This document shows positions 1 to 10,998 of a stretch of DNA of 64,000 nt, in pieces; the stretch's first letter is position 1; every line of letters starts with the position of its first letter. The notes beneath the pieces are model-generated. The model was not told where the DNA came from, searched no databases, and was given only the letters and a program-made list of their open reading frames with translations. A program made the translations under genes and the position numbers. The stretch is from Lytechinus pictus. Taxonomy: Eukaryota. The stretch covers positions 6,760,001-6,824,000 of the forward strand of contig NC_087245.1 of assembly GCF_037042905.1 (NCBI RefSeq), read 5' to 3'.

Positions 1-309
1 GTAACATTGCCAAATAATCAATGCAAACAATTATTATTGCAAGTGATAAGTGTCTTCTTTGATATTAAATGGCATTCGATTATTTTCATAATCTATAAAG
101 GCTTTTCAAGCGTGAATAGGCATTTTGATTTAATGTAAGTCCTATTGCCATATGGACATTACATTACTGGTAAAACTGAAATCAATGATTCATGTTCAAT
201 CTTGTCTGTTTTTCTTTGTTAACATTACTGAAATAGATAAAATAGAAATTGATCTACTAGTGCAAGTGTAGTATATTTGCTTGTACGACATTAATTTACT
301 ATTTTATAT

Positions 310-425
310 CAGGGGCCGCGGAATGGTTTTCAAAGTGGGGGGGGGGGGGGGCTGACCATGCAAAAAATCACAATCCTATGGTCATTTTTACGTTTTTGTA
401 CACGGTTTTGCTTCCGCGGCTCCTG
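310..425 (+). mobile_element. MITE, CAGGGGCCGCGGAA TIR family (hAT5-like), 5-bp TSD TATAT
   Basis: TIRs plus TATAT at 305-309 and 426-430; same family as the copies at 2163 and 9741. Confidence 0.8.
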
Positions 426-2069
426 TATATTTCATTTGCACTTTTATCTTGTTGTATACTTATTGAAAATGTCAATTGTGCAAATTTTATCATTTAATAT
501 ATTTCTATTGTGCTACTGTAATTTCGCTTGCATTTGTTACTATAAAAATCCAAATGAAACATAATTATATCTTGCCGATGGCTACAGTTTTCTTTTTCAT
601 TGCATAGTAGCAGTACAGGGCTCTCTCGAAAAGCAGTTTTTATGTACTGAAGAGACCACCCTGTCTCAAGAATACAGAAATAAATGATAAATAAATAGTA
701 CATTATAATATGGTTCATTTTATATGGATGCCTTATTAGGCCCACGAATTGTAAAAAAAGGGGTGTATTGACTTTTCACCCGGAGTTTTCTTTAAAAAGG
801 TTTTTTTTTCTCTCTCTCTCTCTCTCTGGACTCCTGAGAAAGTTAAAAATCTTTCCTTAGGTATAGAGGGTTCCCACAAATAATAAAAACCTGTGCATCA
901 GACTATGAAAAGTCATTGTTTTCGTGGTTTTGCTATTGTTTTGTCCTCCACCATGACACCAGGGAACCTCTATTGTAATGACAGGCTACATGAGATGAGG
1001 GGGGGGGGGGGGAGGCTGTCTGTCCTGAGATAGGGGGGGGGGTACATTTAGCAGTGTTCCGGATTTAGGGGGGTCTCCAAGGCAGGAAAAGCCCGCGAAA
1101 GGGGGTTCAGAAATTTTGGCAGACATGGGGGGGGGGAATTATTCACGTAATTTTACAACAAATGAATGGCCTACTTTATGAAATGAAATGTTTGTAACAA
1201 TGCAATAATTCATATAGTATTCAAATAATTTTCAGCTCGTATTTCTTGTTGTGTATAACATAACATGACTGTGTACATATGCATACAGTTCTTTGTTCTA
1301 ATAAACTTGTAGAAACTGTGTTATATTACATTTCATATGGTATTTTATTTATGTTTTCAATAATTTTGTCACTCTCTTTTCTCAGTCTCTTCTCTATTTT
1401 TCTTCAATTCGGTCATATATTCATGTTTTTTAGTTCAATATCAATTTTGCTTGTACATTAAACATATCTGATATTTTCATGGCGAATTTTACGAGAACAT
1501 AGTCATTGACTAGAGATAGATATATCCGTTGCACTCGGATGACTTCCAATCCGATTATTGTAACTCATTCGAATAAAAACGAGCTGGTCCCTTTAATTAC
1601 GCCCCTCTCAGGGTGAAACGAGAGACCAGGCCGTTTCGTGAGATTTGAATCTTTAAAGAGTGGTTTTTAGCTCTTTTTAGTGAAAGTGTCTAAAAAAGAA
1701 AAAAAAATCGCAGTTCACTCCATATGGAGTTATAATGCAAAGTTTACTTCCAAAGTAGGCCTATTGTCCATATTCCTAGCATGCCTAGAGGAGTGTCATT
1801 ATGGACATCTATAGCTGTTTTGTATTTAGATCGTATAAAGTGTATTTTGTAGTAGCATGTTCAAATATTCAAGATTGAAAACTTACTTCTCATAGCGAAT
1901 GTAAACTTAGTCAGAAAATTCCTTGATGTGACACAGCGAAATTATGTTAGTGAATTGATATCAATTATTCCATAAATAATAGATGCAAATTCAATTATAT
2001 CGATTGAATTTTAAACTAGTTTATCATAACAGGTATATCCCAGCTACTACAAACATCAATATTTATTAC

Positions 2070-2100
2070 CTATTTTGTCCGGCCGCCGCCATTGAAAAGG
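2070..2100 (-). other. Candidate first exon of a divergent - strand gene (ATG at 2092, MAAAGQN..)
   Basis: Minus strand reads CCTTTTC-A-ATGGCGGCGGCCGGACAAAATAG|GTAATA: a TCT/TOP-like pyrimidine start, an ATGGCGG (YY1-type) start motif and a donor. Downstream exons are not established. Confidence 0.4.
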
Positions 2101-2162
2101 ACCTTCATAAGCTTTCGGTCCTCTATTTGCTTGCTTAGAAAAAGAGGTAATGCTCTCTTAGT

Positions 2163-2314
2163 CAGGGGCCGCGGAACGGTTTTCAAAGTGGGGGGGGGGG
2201 GGGGAGCTGACCATGCAAAAATCACAATCATATGGTAATTTTTACGTTTTTGTACACGGTTTTGGAAAAAAAGTGACTGGGGGGGGGGGGGTTGCCCCGC
2301 TTCCGCAGTCCCTG
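2163..2314 (+). mobile_element. MITE, same family, TSD TTAGT
   Basis: TIRs plus TTAGT at 2158-2162 and 2315-2319. Confidence 0.8.
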
Positions 2315-3559
2315 TTAGTAATCAGGTAAGATAAAAAGAACCAACCACCACCATCACTCTTACAGAATGATAAAATCCTGTGACTTTTTTTTTCATGCCT
2401 GAAGATGACGACAATCGATTTACAGAAAGGCCTTTAAAACAACAATTTTTATACTAATATAATGTGATAAACTTCGCAATTGATCATCTGAAAATATTGA
2501 AAAACAGAAATCAATGAGATAAACGATTAACTTTCATGCAAATCATACTTGTGTAGTTAGCATGGTCGGAGTAATCTCAAAGTCAAATATGAGCGACAAA
2601 ACGGCATGCAGTTGAAGTGATCCTGGGCTCCTGCGTGATCTTTCTTTCATAGCGTGCTTGAACAATTTGTATAGGTATTCAGTGATCATGTGCTAAAACC
2701 TAAGCGCAAATACGAGAAGGATTAAAGTCGATGTAATGTACTTTAAGATACACAAATGAATATAAATGGTCAATAAGAGTGGATCAGAGGCAAATCATGT
2801 TTTGATTGAGATTACTTGAAATGTTTACCAAAAAATGCAGGCTTTCCAGGGTGTTTTAATAATCCAGAATTCTCTTATTGCATTCAGCTCGAAGGCTTTT
2901 CTTGAATTTGACGGGAATAAAAAAAAAGATATATACTCATTAGTTAGAATAAGGATACGAAATATGTGAATGATAAATGATCATGCCCAGGGGCAGATCC
3001 AGGATTTTCAAACAGGGGAAGGGACATTTTCCCGAGGACAATTTTGACAAGCAAAAAAAAAAAAAAAAAAAGATTTTCAACCAAAAAATAAGGACACGGG
3101 TTCCGCTAGTGATTATGCCCTATAAAAGTGGAGCAAATGCACGATCAATTCAATGTAGATACATATATTTCGACATGGTATTTGTGGCATGATTCCATAT
3201 CATGATTTCCTTGGATGCAATTCTGTTTGTTTCCCTCTAAGGAATTTTTTTTTTAATTTCAGGTCAATTTGGAAGGTAAAATCTAAAGAGGCACCCGTTG
3301 CCGTCTCCGAAGAAAGCAATGCCATTAGTCGAGTAACGATAACAGAGATGTAAATATGGCAATCCGTTCAGCAAATGCTTTGATACAACCTCAAACATCT
3401 CTCAGAAAAAGGGAAACCATACGAGAACGCAAACAGGACTAACAAACAGTATCCATACAGAACAATGAAATACCTTCCCGTTGGGGGTCTTCATTGATGA
3501 ATCTACAAAAAACAGCGTTTAGGTCCAAAATTGTCTCTTGGATAAAGTAGGCTCATATA

Positions 3560-4509
3560 CAGTGCGTATCAAAAAAAGTTTACGCTTTGTGTTAATAATC
3601 ATGTAAAATTATATGTTTGTAATATCCTGAAGCTTTTTCCACATTTAAACATTAATACAGATCTCTTTAAGCAAATGACGATATAACTGTCGAAAAATCA
3701 ATCTTTACGCTTAAGAGAACACCACTTACTTTTGTAAAAAATCCGTGATAAATGATTTGCGCAGAACTTGAAAATAATTATAAGAATACAAGTAGAAATT
3801 AATCATGAAGAACACATGGACTTTAGCTAGGAACATTGATTTGAAGATTTATTTTACCTTTTTAACTTGTTTCCTTGCCCAAAACACTTCATAGATAGCC
3901 ATTGCATCCCTCCCCCCCCCCCCCCTCTTATCGTGATGATATCTGCTTTAGACGGAGCTGTGAATAACATGAAATGGCTTAGGTTTGATTTTCATTTTGT
4001 TAATCACTCTCACACTTGGGAAAAGTGTGGAGAAACGAAATAAAACATGAAATGTGTTCCCACTTTAAATGATAAAAAAGAAACTTAGTGAAAGAATGCT
4101 GGAGATGTCTAAAATAATATTTTGTTTACATAAAGTTATGTCCTCAGATCCAGCTGGCAAAAGGGTAAATGTTGTGATTACTTAGGCTTTAAATGTAAGT
4201 TTGGGTGACAAAGTTGTTATAAAATATTCGGATGTATCTGCTTTATTTAAATTTGCAAAAAATGCAAAAAGAAATGTACCGCACAGTCAGTTTTTACGTC
4301 GTTTTTTTCCTTGACTCAGCGTGAAAATGAGTATTCCTTAGCAAAAATGGACAGTGCTCATTCAAGAGTAACATTTTGTCAATTTTTTTACTTTAATTGA
4401 TAGATGAGAACCAAACCCAAATATACAGTAAGTGTGAAAAAATATCCCCATGTTGTATATTTTTCAATTCCCACGACATTTTCAAATAATAAACTTTTTG
4501 TACGCACTG
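3560..4509. mobile_element. Tc1/mariner-type non-autonomous element
   Basis: TA|CAGTGCGTATCAAAAAAAGTTTA ... TAAACTTTTTGTACGCACTG|TA. Confidence 0.8.
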
Positions 4510-4511
4510 TA

Positions 4512-5029
4512 CAGTGCGTCCCACTAAAACGGAAACCCGTTTCAGAGACAGATTTCACAATTATTAAATATGTTTTTACTACAAATTTAATATTTATGGT
4601 AAGAGTGGAATCTTCTTTTTAATATGAAACCAACATCTTAGCAAATCGTTCGCACATGGCATATTAAAAACAATACATATTGAGACATGTCAGAAATAAT
4701 TTGGGCAGAACCTGCACGTGTGAATCTGAATCCATTCTCATTTCAGGGATCAGTGAGAGAAAGAAATGCTAATGAGCCAATCGTCTAATAAGCACGATGG
4801 TCGTACCACGAATCAACCTTGTTCAACTTTTCTGCGCAGCCTGATGCTGACATTAAAATTTCAACTTTATCTTGCTCATTAAAGCGTATTTGTTCGTCTC
4901 ATATTAGGTATCAAAGTACAGAGAAATAATTGAATTGTATGATGATGCTAATGAACTATCATCATTCATTTTCGTTTGAAGAAAAAAAAAGATATAGGAA
5001 ACCCGGTTACTTTCTTCTAGGGCGCACTG
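4512..5029. mobile_element. Second Tc1/mariner-type non-autonomous element abutting the first
   Basis: TA|CAGTGCGTCCC ... TAGGGCGCACTG|TA; shares the TA at 4510-4511. Confidence 0.7.
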
Positions 5030-5662
5030 TATATATCTAGAAAAGAGAAGAAAACAATCTATCAAACATTCCCCTTGTAGATCTGTCCTGCCTTATGATA
5101 TTATCAGTTAAGAAAATGAAGTTCTTGATTTCGCTTTTCAGATAAATTATTTAAATTGAAAAAAGTTCAGACAAGCTTTCCTTTCTCTTGTTGATTTACC
5201 TACAAAAAGAGAAGATAATCAGGACAAGGAAGAAACACAGCTCATGATACTTTAAGAATCAAGTTTTGACAAACTAATATCCAATTCCCATCTTCTATTT
5301 CTGTCTTCAACAATGACATCCAGTAGACCAAGCACAAGCAGTTCTACACCCCCCCCCGGGCCCCCCCCCCTCCTTTCTTTCTCATGGCCATCTTTCTATT
5401 CACTCGTCTCTGTTCTCCCTGATATACAAATAACATCCACAGTCTCCGGAATACTCGTAACTATGTCTTCAGGTGCATTTCGTTTCAGGGATCATATAAT
5501 AGAAGAGTTCTTGGATGTGTGCTTGAAGACGTCAGCTTTTGGTAACCGAAATTTCTTTGGAAATGGTCTGGATTGGAAGATGAGCTAAGTTTATTAGATC
5601 GGAGTTGCTGATAATAACGATCTTGGATTATCATCCGATATATTCATGTAGACCAGTCAGAG

Positions 5663-8600
5663 ATGTCAAGGTAATTTGATTTCTTTATTGGATTTATTTT
5701 TGTTTTACCCTTTTTCCGATTTAATTAGATTTGATTAGACCTATATGGTCAAACTGTTAGTAAATCATTTTGTCAAATGTGGTTAATTTACACGCATGCA
5801 TGTGTTGACAGTAAGACTTATAAGTGAATAAGTATTGCAAATTAAACACGAACAATTTGTTAAAACCTCTTTTTCATCAGACTTTATTTTGAAATAAAAT
5901 TGCTTCTTAATTAATTTGACAGATTAATGCCTTTTTGGGACCATGGGACCAATGTGTGTTGTTCTGGACAATATCCAGATGGAATCATCCCATAACAATA
6001 TGGGCCCTATATGTTTTTTTTCTGTGCAATATCTGAATAGAAATCATCCCAGTACAACACATGTGGACCCCACTTGGGCCCACATGTTGGGCCCACAAAT
6101 TGGGCCCCACTTGGGCCCACAAATTCAACTCGGATAATTATCAATGAAGTGTTGGGTACAAAAACCCACATACCACATCATGATAACATTACTCTTAATA
6201 GATTTAAATTACTTCATCCCAACCTTAATGCAAATTAATTCACCCCGAATTAGCAAGCAATATCAATAGCCTCAACGCACATTTCGCAGATTATCTCTCA
6301 GATCCAAATCAAGAATCTTTCTTTAAACCCCAACAAATCCATCCGAAGTCATTAACATTGCCCGTTCCCTTCGCAATTCTAAATCGTCCGGTGTTGACGA
6401 ATCATTATGTTTCTACTTAAACAAATAATTCACCTTCTTACTAGCCCTCTGACTTACATATCTAATAATTCTTTATCTCAGGGCATTTTCCCAGATTTAT
6501 TTAAAATAGCAAAAGTCAATAAAAAAAAAAATGATCCTCACGAATCAGTAATTATCGTCCAATCTCCTTACTTCCAACCATATCTAAAATTCTAGAGATA
6601 ATAGTTTATACAAGACTTTATAAATTTATCAACATTCTTAACTACAATCAATATGGCTTCAGAAAAAAAAGTACTCAACAGATTTAGCATTACTTCAAAT
6701 TTATGACAAAATTACAAATGCCAACAAAAGACACATAATTGATATTTTCTGTGACCTTAGTAAAGCATTTGACACCATTAACCACGATATTTTACTTTCG
6801 AAACTCAATTATTATGGGATACGGGGCCAATTTCTTCCATGGTTTAAAGATTACTTACATAATCGAAGACAATATGTAACTTTTAACAACAATTATTTTG
6901 ATTCTCTTTTAATTCGCTGCGGTATTCCTGAAGGTTGCATTTTAGGCCAACTTTTATTTTTATTATATATTAATGATATTATCAAAACCTCCTCAGTTTT
7001 GTCCTTTGTCTTATTTGCCGACGACACAAACATATTTTATTCTAACAAAGACGTTAATTCATTAAACAATATAGTTAATCGTGAAATCAACAAAGTATCA
7101 AAGTGGTTCAAAGCCAATAAACTATATATCCCTAAATAAAAAAGACACACTTTATGTATTTTTTAGATGGCACACCATCAAACAGAAAAAAACCCTCAAA
7201 ATTTGTAAGTGTAATCATAGATGGATTTTGACCTGGAATCAACACATCATTCTATAATGTGCGTTTCAAAAAGTATTGGCATAATTTTCAAGCTAAAAGT
7301 TTGTCTTCCCCATAAAACATTATTCGTATTGTACAATCTTTTAGTCCTCCCTTATCATGCTTATATAACATACTGTAATGTCGTTTAGTCTAATTGTGGT
7401 TCTTCGAAACTAAATTCTATCTTCAATGATCTACAAAAGAGAGCCATCAGTATGTGTACAAGGTCACACTGACCCCCTGTTTCATAAACTGAAAACATTA
7501 AAAGAAAATTGATATAAACACTATTCAAGTAGCAATCTCTATTTGTGAAGAAATCTTTGGCATTACTCCTATGTGTTTAAGATCGCATGCTCGATCAGTA
7601 ATGAAAATCATAAGTCAGAAAAAATTGGAACCAGTGGGATTCGAACCTGTCATCTACTGCTTGCCGGGCAGCGACTCAACCACACATAGGAGTAATGCCG
7701 AAAATTTGTTCACAAATGCCGAATGCCGAAAATTTGTTCACAAATTATTGTTACCTTCTATTGAAGCCCCTTTATTTACTATCTATTGTCCACGGCGGAC
7801 GGCATTTGCATATTAATGAGTCAGAAAGAAGAGGATAGAGGGTATTTGTATTCCAGTAGTTCATCGTGACTTAGCCGTGAACCAGAATAGCCTGGTGGTT
7901 CAGTCGTTGCCCGGTAAGCGGTAGATGACAGGTTCGAATCCCACTGGTTCCAATTTTTTCTGACAGATCGAGCATGCGATCTTAAACACATAGGAGTAAT
8001 GCCGAAAATGTGTTCACAAATTATTATTACCTCCTATTGAAGCCTCTTTATTTACTAGCAATCTTTATGTTTTAAAGTATATCAACAATTACTCCCTCCG
8101 TTCTTTGGTAACATGTTTAGGTTGAGCAGGTCTGTCCACTCCTACCCAACTCGCATATCTGGAAACATCCATCTCACTAACCACAAGTCAACCCCAACCC
8201 ATAAATCCATTCGACATTATGGTCCCAAAATTTGGAACAATTTTCCAAACAATATCAAATCATGCTCAACTAATTACTCCTTGAAAGCTAATCTTATAAG
8301 AAACACCATTCAATCTTATGCACTTTTAAGTTGAACATCAACTGCTCCCTACTATATTGCACATACACCTGCACCTGCATTTGCACCCACTCTTGATCAA
8401 TGAAGAAATACGTGTACCTTTTTATGAGGCCGCCATCATTATCAAGCCTATAATCGCTCACGATGGTGGTCTCCTGCATTCTCTTAAATCGTCTTTCTGT
8501 TTATTGAATAATACATTTGTTAAATTAGTATTGCTTATACTTCAGCAATATTATTATTTTGTTATATACTACATTGGTACATATTACTTTGTATACTTAT

Positions 8601-10998
8601 ATTTGATGCATTGAATGTTGAAACAAAAGCAATAAATCAATCAATCAAGCAATCAAGCAATCAATCAATCAATCAAATTACCTTTTATTTTTCATCCTAA
8701 TTTTCTCGTTTTGTTATAGCAATTTTGTGTTCCCTTTCATTATTGATAAGTGCTTCCCTTTCTCCCTATTTTCTTCTATTGCAAAAACGATTTCGATAAA
8801 CTTTTTAAAGACTCGTTCACCATAAAGATCATTATACTAGGTTATATCGCATCAAGGTCCACCAAGAAACAGAGTTCGTAAAAAAAAAGACAGTAGTATT
8901 CTTCCGAATAATACTTTAAATTCTTATTCGAAAATAAAATACAAATAGCATTAGAGATATCTATCAAAATTGCCTTTCAGTGATATACATAACGTCACCT
9001 TTTTCTGTCAAAATAAAAGATTCAGTTTCATTTTGAGATGTCTTATTTTGATAGTCTTTTATGTCAAACTATCGCTAACTTTTCGATTTCTTTAAGAAGT
9101 GAAGAAGCGGTGCTGGATGATCAAATATACTTTATAAAAGATTGTCGTGAAATTTTATGTCGTCTTTTTGCTCGCTTGGTGTATAGGGAGTTTACTGAGG
9201 ACTATGGGAGGTCCTCAAATCCTGGACAGTCTCCTCGCCGTGAGGCATGGAGCCCCACCCCGGATCATATCAAAAACCTCGACGACCATCTCGTACCACG
9301 ACACTCACCCAGAAGATCATTTCATAACGGACGCGTCTCTCCCATCAATGACCAGGGGGATCTAGAGGCGGGATTACGTGGTGGCACACGGGCAGGAGGT
9401 GGAACAGGCCAGACATGTACGTACGTAGCATTGGCTGTGATGACGACCTTGCTCGCCGCAGGAGCAGCGGTCGGTGTCGTCTATGGGTTAACAGGTTAGT
9501 ATATATATATTCACCTCCGATTTCTACTTCTCTCTTCAAACTTACGAGAAATTGCCGTTTGCCTTTAGCAAATGTGTACGTAATTAAAGCAATTTATGTA
9601 GAGATTGTGAGGAAGGAGTGGGGCGACAGCTAGTAAACACCATTTATAAATATGCAGGGGCGGTCCTACTGGAGGCAGGGGGCGACCACATCATTTTCAA
9701 GAAATGAAGAAAAGGAGGGAAAAAAGAAGTATATGTCAAGCAGGGGCCGCGGAACGGTTTTAAAAGTGGGGGGGGGGGGCTGACCATGCAAAAAAACATA
9801 ATCAGATGGTATTTTTTACGTTTTTGTACATGTTTTGGAAAAAAAGTGCGGGGGCTGAAACTTCGAAGTTTCAGCCCCCCCCCCCCCCCCCCCCGCTTCC
9901 GCGGCCCCTGTCAAGAAGCGAGCAGCGAGTACAGATACGGGGTCATAGAGAGATCATGCGATTTCTGCGGAGTTAGGGTAACGAAATTCATCTGTTTCCT
10001 GTTTTGTGTGAATATAATTCGGCCCAAAATCATGGATGAACTTGAATCCATACGACTGTCGCGCCACATAGAGAGATTATGTGAGTAGAGGTATGCAAGA
10101 AGTTTACATTCACCCTACGATTAAAGTAGGCCAAATGGTAAACGGAGCACAGGTATCGTTTTGCTTTCTTTGAAGGTGAATGCCAACTCTCAAGTATATG
10201 TTCACGTTTATGATATTGAACTTAATTCGCATTATTCTTTTAACAGGTTTCAATTTCGGCAGCTCATCGCCGGTGAGATCGACTGCTTTAACCCTAACAA
10301 TTTCATCGTCTCCAGCCACCATATCAGCCTCTGCTCTAACAACAAATGAAGCATCTACTACACAATCAGACAGCACTTCAACTGCATCTACAACAATCCA
10401 GACTACAACACTTGCTTCTACCACGAATGCGGGATCAACCACACAAACTACAAGCTCTACTTCTTCCTCTACAAATCAAGCCTTCACGTCGACCTCTGCA
10501 CCCACAACAAATGCAGCGGCCACGACACAAGCGGACAGCGCTCCAACGACCTCTACAACTATGCAGACGACGATTGTTTCTACCACTAATGCGTTATCAA
10601 CCGCACAACCTACAAGCTCTGCAACTTCCTCTACAAATCAAGCCATCATGTCGACCTCTGCGCTTACAACATTTACTTCTACAACTAATGCGGCAACAAC
10701 CACTCAACTCTCAAGCTCCATAACGCCTTCTACAAATCAGGCTACAACATCGGGTCTCACAACGACCCATGTATCAACAACTACGTCATCTGAACTTGTC
10801 GGTACCACACTTGAAGAGGCTACAGCCGAGGAAGAGGAGGTTACGGTTGCCATGACAACTTTAGATTCTTCTGAGATGAGTACGATTGAAGGTGCCACAC
10901 AGACTGGATCCACTGCGGATCAAGAAGTGACCAGTATTGAGATGACTACAGAAGAATTGACAGCAACACCCATGGACGCAACTACAGCGGACTCCTAA
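5663..10998 (+). CDS. Type II single-pass membrane mucin-like (Ser/Thr-rich) protein, ~355 aa; coding exons 5663-5670, 9187-9494, 10247-10998
   Basis: ATGTCAAG|gtaatt (5663-5670) splices to gtatag|GGAGTTT (9187) in phase 2. ACAG|gttagt (9494) splices to ttttaacag|GTTTC (10247) in phase 1. Total 1068 nt open: MSREFTEDYGRSS...TCTYVALAVMTTLLAAGAAVGVVYGLTGFNFGSSSP...MDATTADS*. There is an in-frame stop upstream of the ATG, one hydrophobic helix (~aa 83-104) and ~250 aa of S/T-rich sequence. Confidence 0.8.
7539..8055. mobile_element. tRNA-derived short retroelement with inverted plus partial-tandem structure, nested in the LINE
   Basis: 9-bp TSD TAGCAATCT (7530-7538, 8056-8064); removing the insert restores LINE peptide DINTIQVAIFMF. 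Inverted arm 7541-7683, direct partial copy 7684-7744, full unit 7745-8020, 35-bp tail 8021-8055. Confidence 0.85.
7879..7952 (+). pseudogene. tRNA-like head (A box TAGCCTGGTGG, B box GGTTCGAATCC, CCA, T-run); not a functional tRNA
   Basis: The T-stem is mispaired. The anticodon reads GGT here but GGC in the inverted copy (7626-7683). Confidence 0.75.
9741..9910 (+). mobile_element. MITE, same family, TSD TCAAG
   Basis: Perfect TIR CAGGGGCCGCGGAA...TTCCGCGGCCCCTG plus TCAAG at 9736-9740 and 9911-9915. Confidence 0.85.

Larger units (their letters stand above)
6140..8676 (+). mobile_element. Decayed 5'-truncated non-LTR retrotransposon (CR1/L2 group, Crack/Daphne-like) ORF2 RT plus 3'UTR
   Basis: Frameshifted RT motifs: GIFPDLFKIAKV, DLSKAFDTINHDILLSKLNYYGIRG, WFKDYLHNRRQYV, GIPEGCILG, LFADDTN, GPKIWN. 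Ends in AATAAA-(TCAA)n at ~8631-8676. Lies in intron 1 of the mucin CDS. Confidence 0.9.

Noticed and set aside
1050..1125. RNase P/MRP-like GGAAAAGCCCG segment
   Set aside because: Other conserved regions not found; context resembles G-rich MITE ends.
7626..7952. Two apparent tRNA genes (Thr-GGT / Ala-GGC)
   Set aside because: Broken T-stem, differing anticodons, and embedded in a TSD-flanked repeat, so tRNA-derived rather than true tRNAs.
7745..8020. Hammerhead ribozyme in the tandem unit (retrozyme hypothesis)
   Set aside because: No CTGANGA...GAAA core seen on either strand by eye.
10180..10246. Signal-peptide-like N-terminus (MPTLKYMFTFMILNLIRIILLTG) of the 272-aa ORF
   Set aside because: Translates the intron polypyrimidine tract upstream of acceptor 10246; the spliced model is better supported, though a secreted isoform is not formally excluded.
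10110..10723. Antisense 110-aa and frameshifted Q/L-rich 125-aa ORFs
   Set aside because: Shadow frames of the S/T-rich mucin exon.
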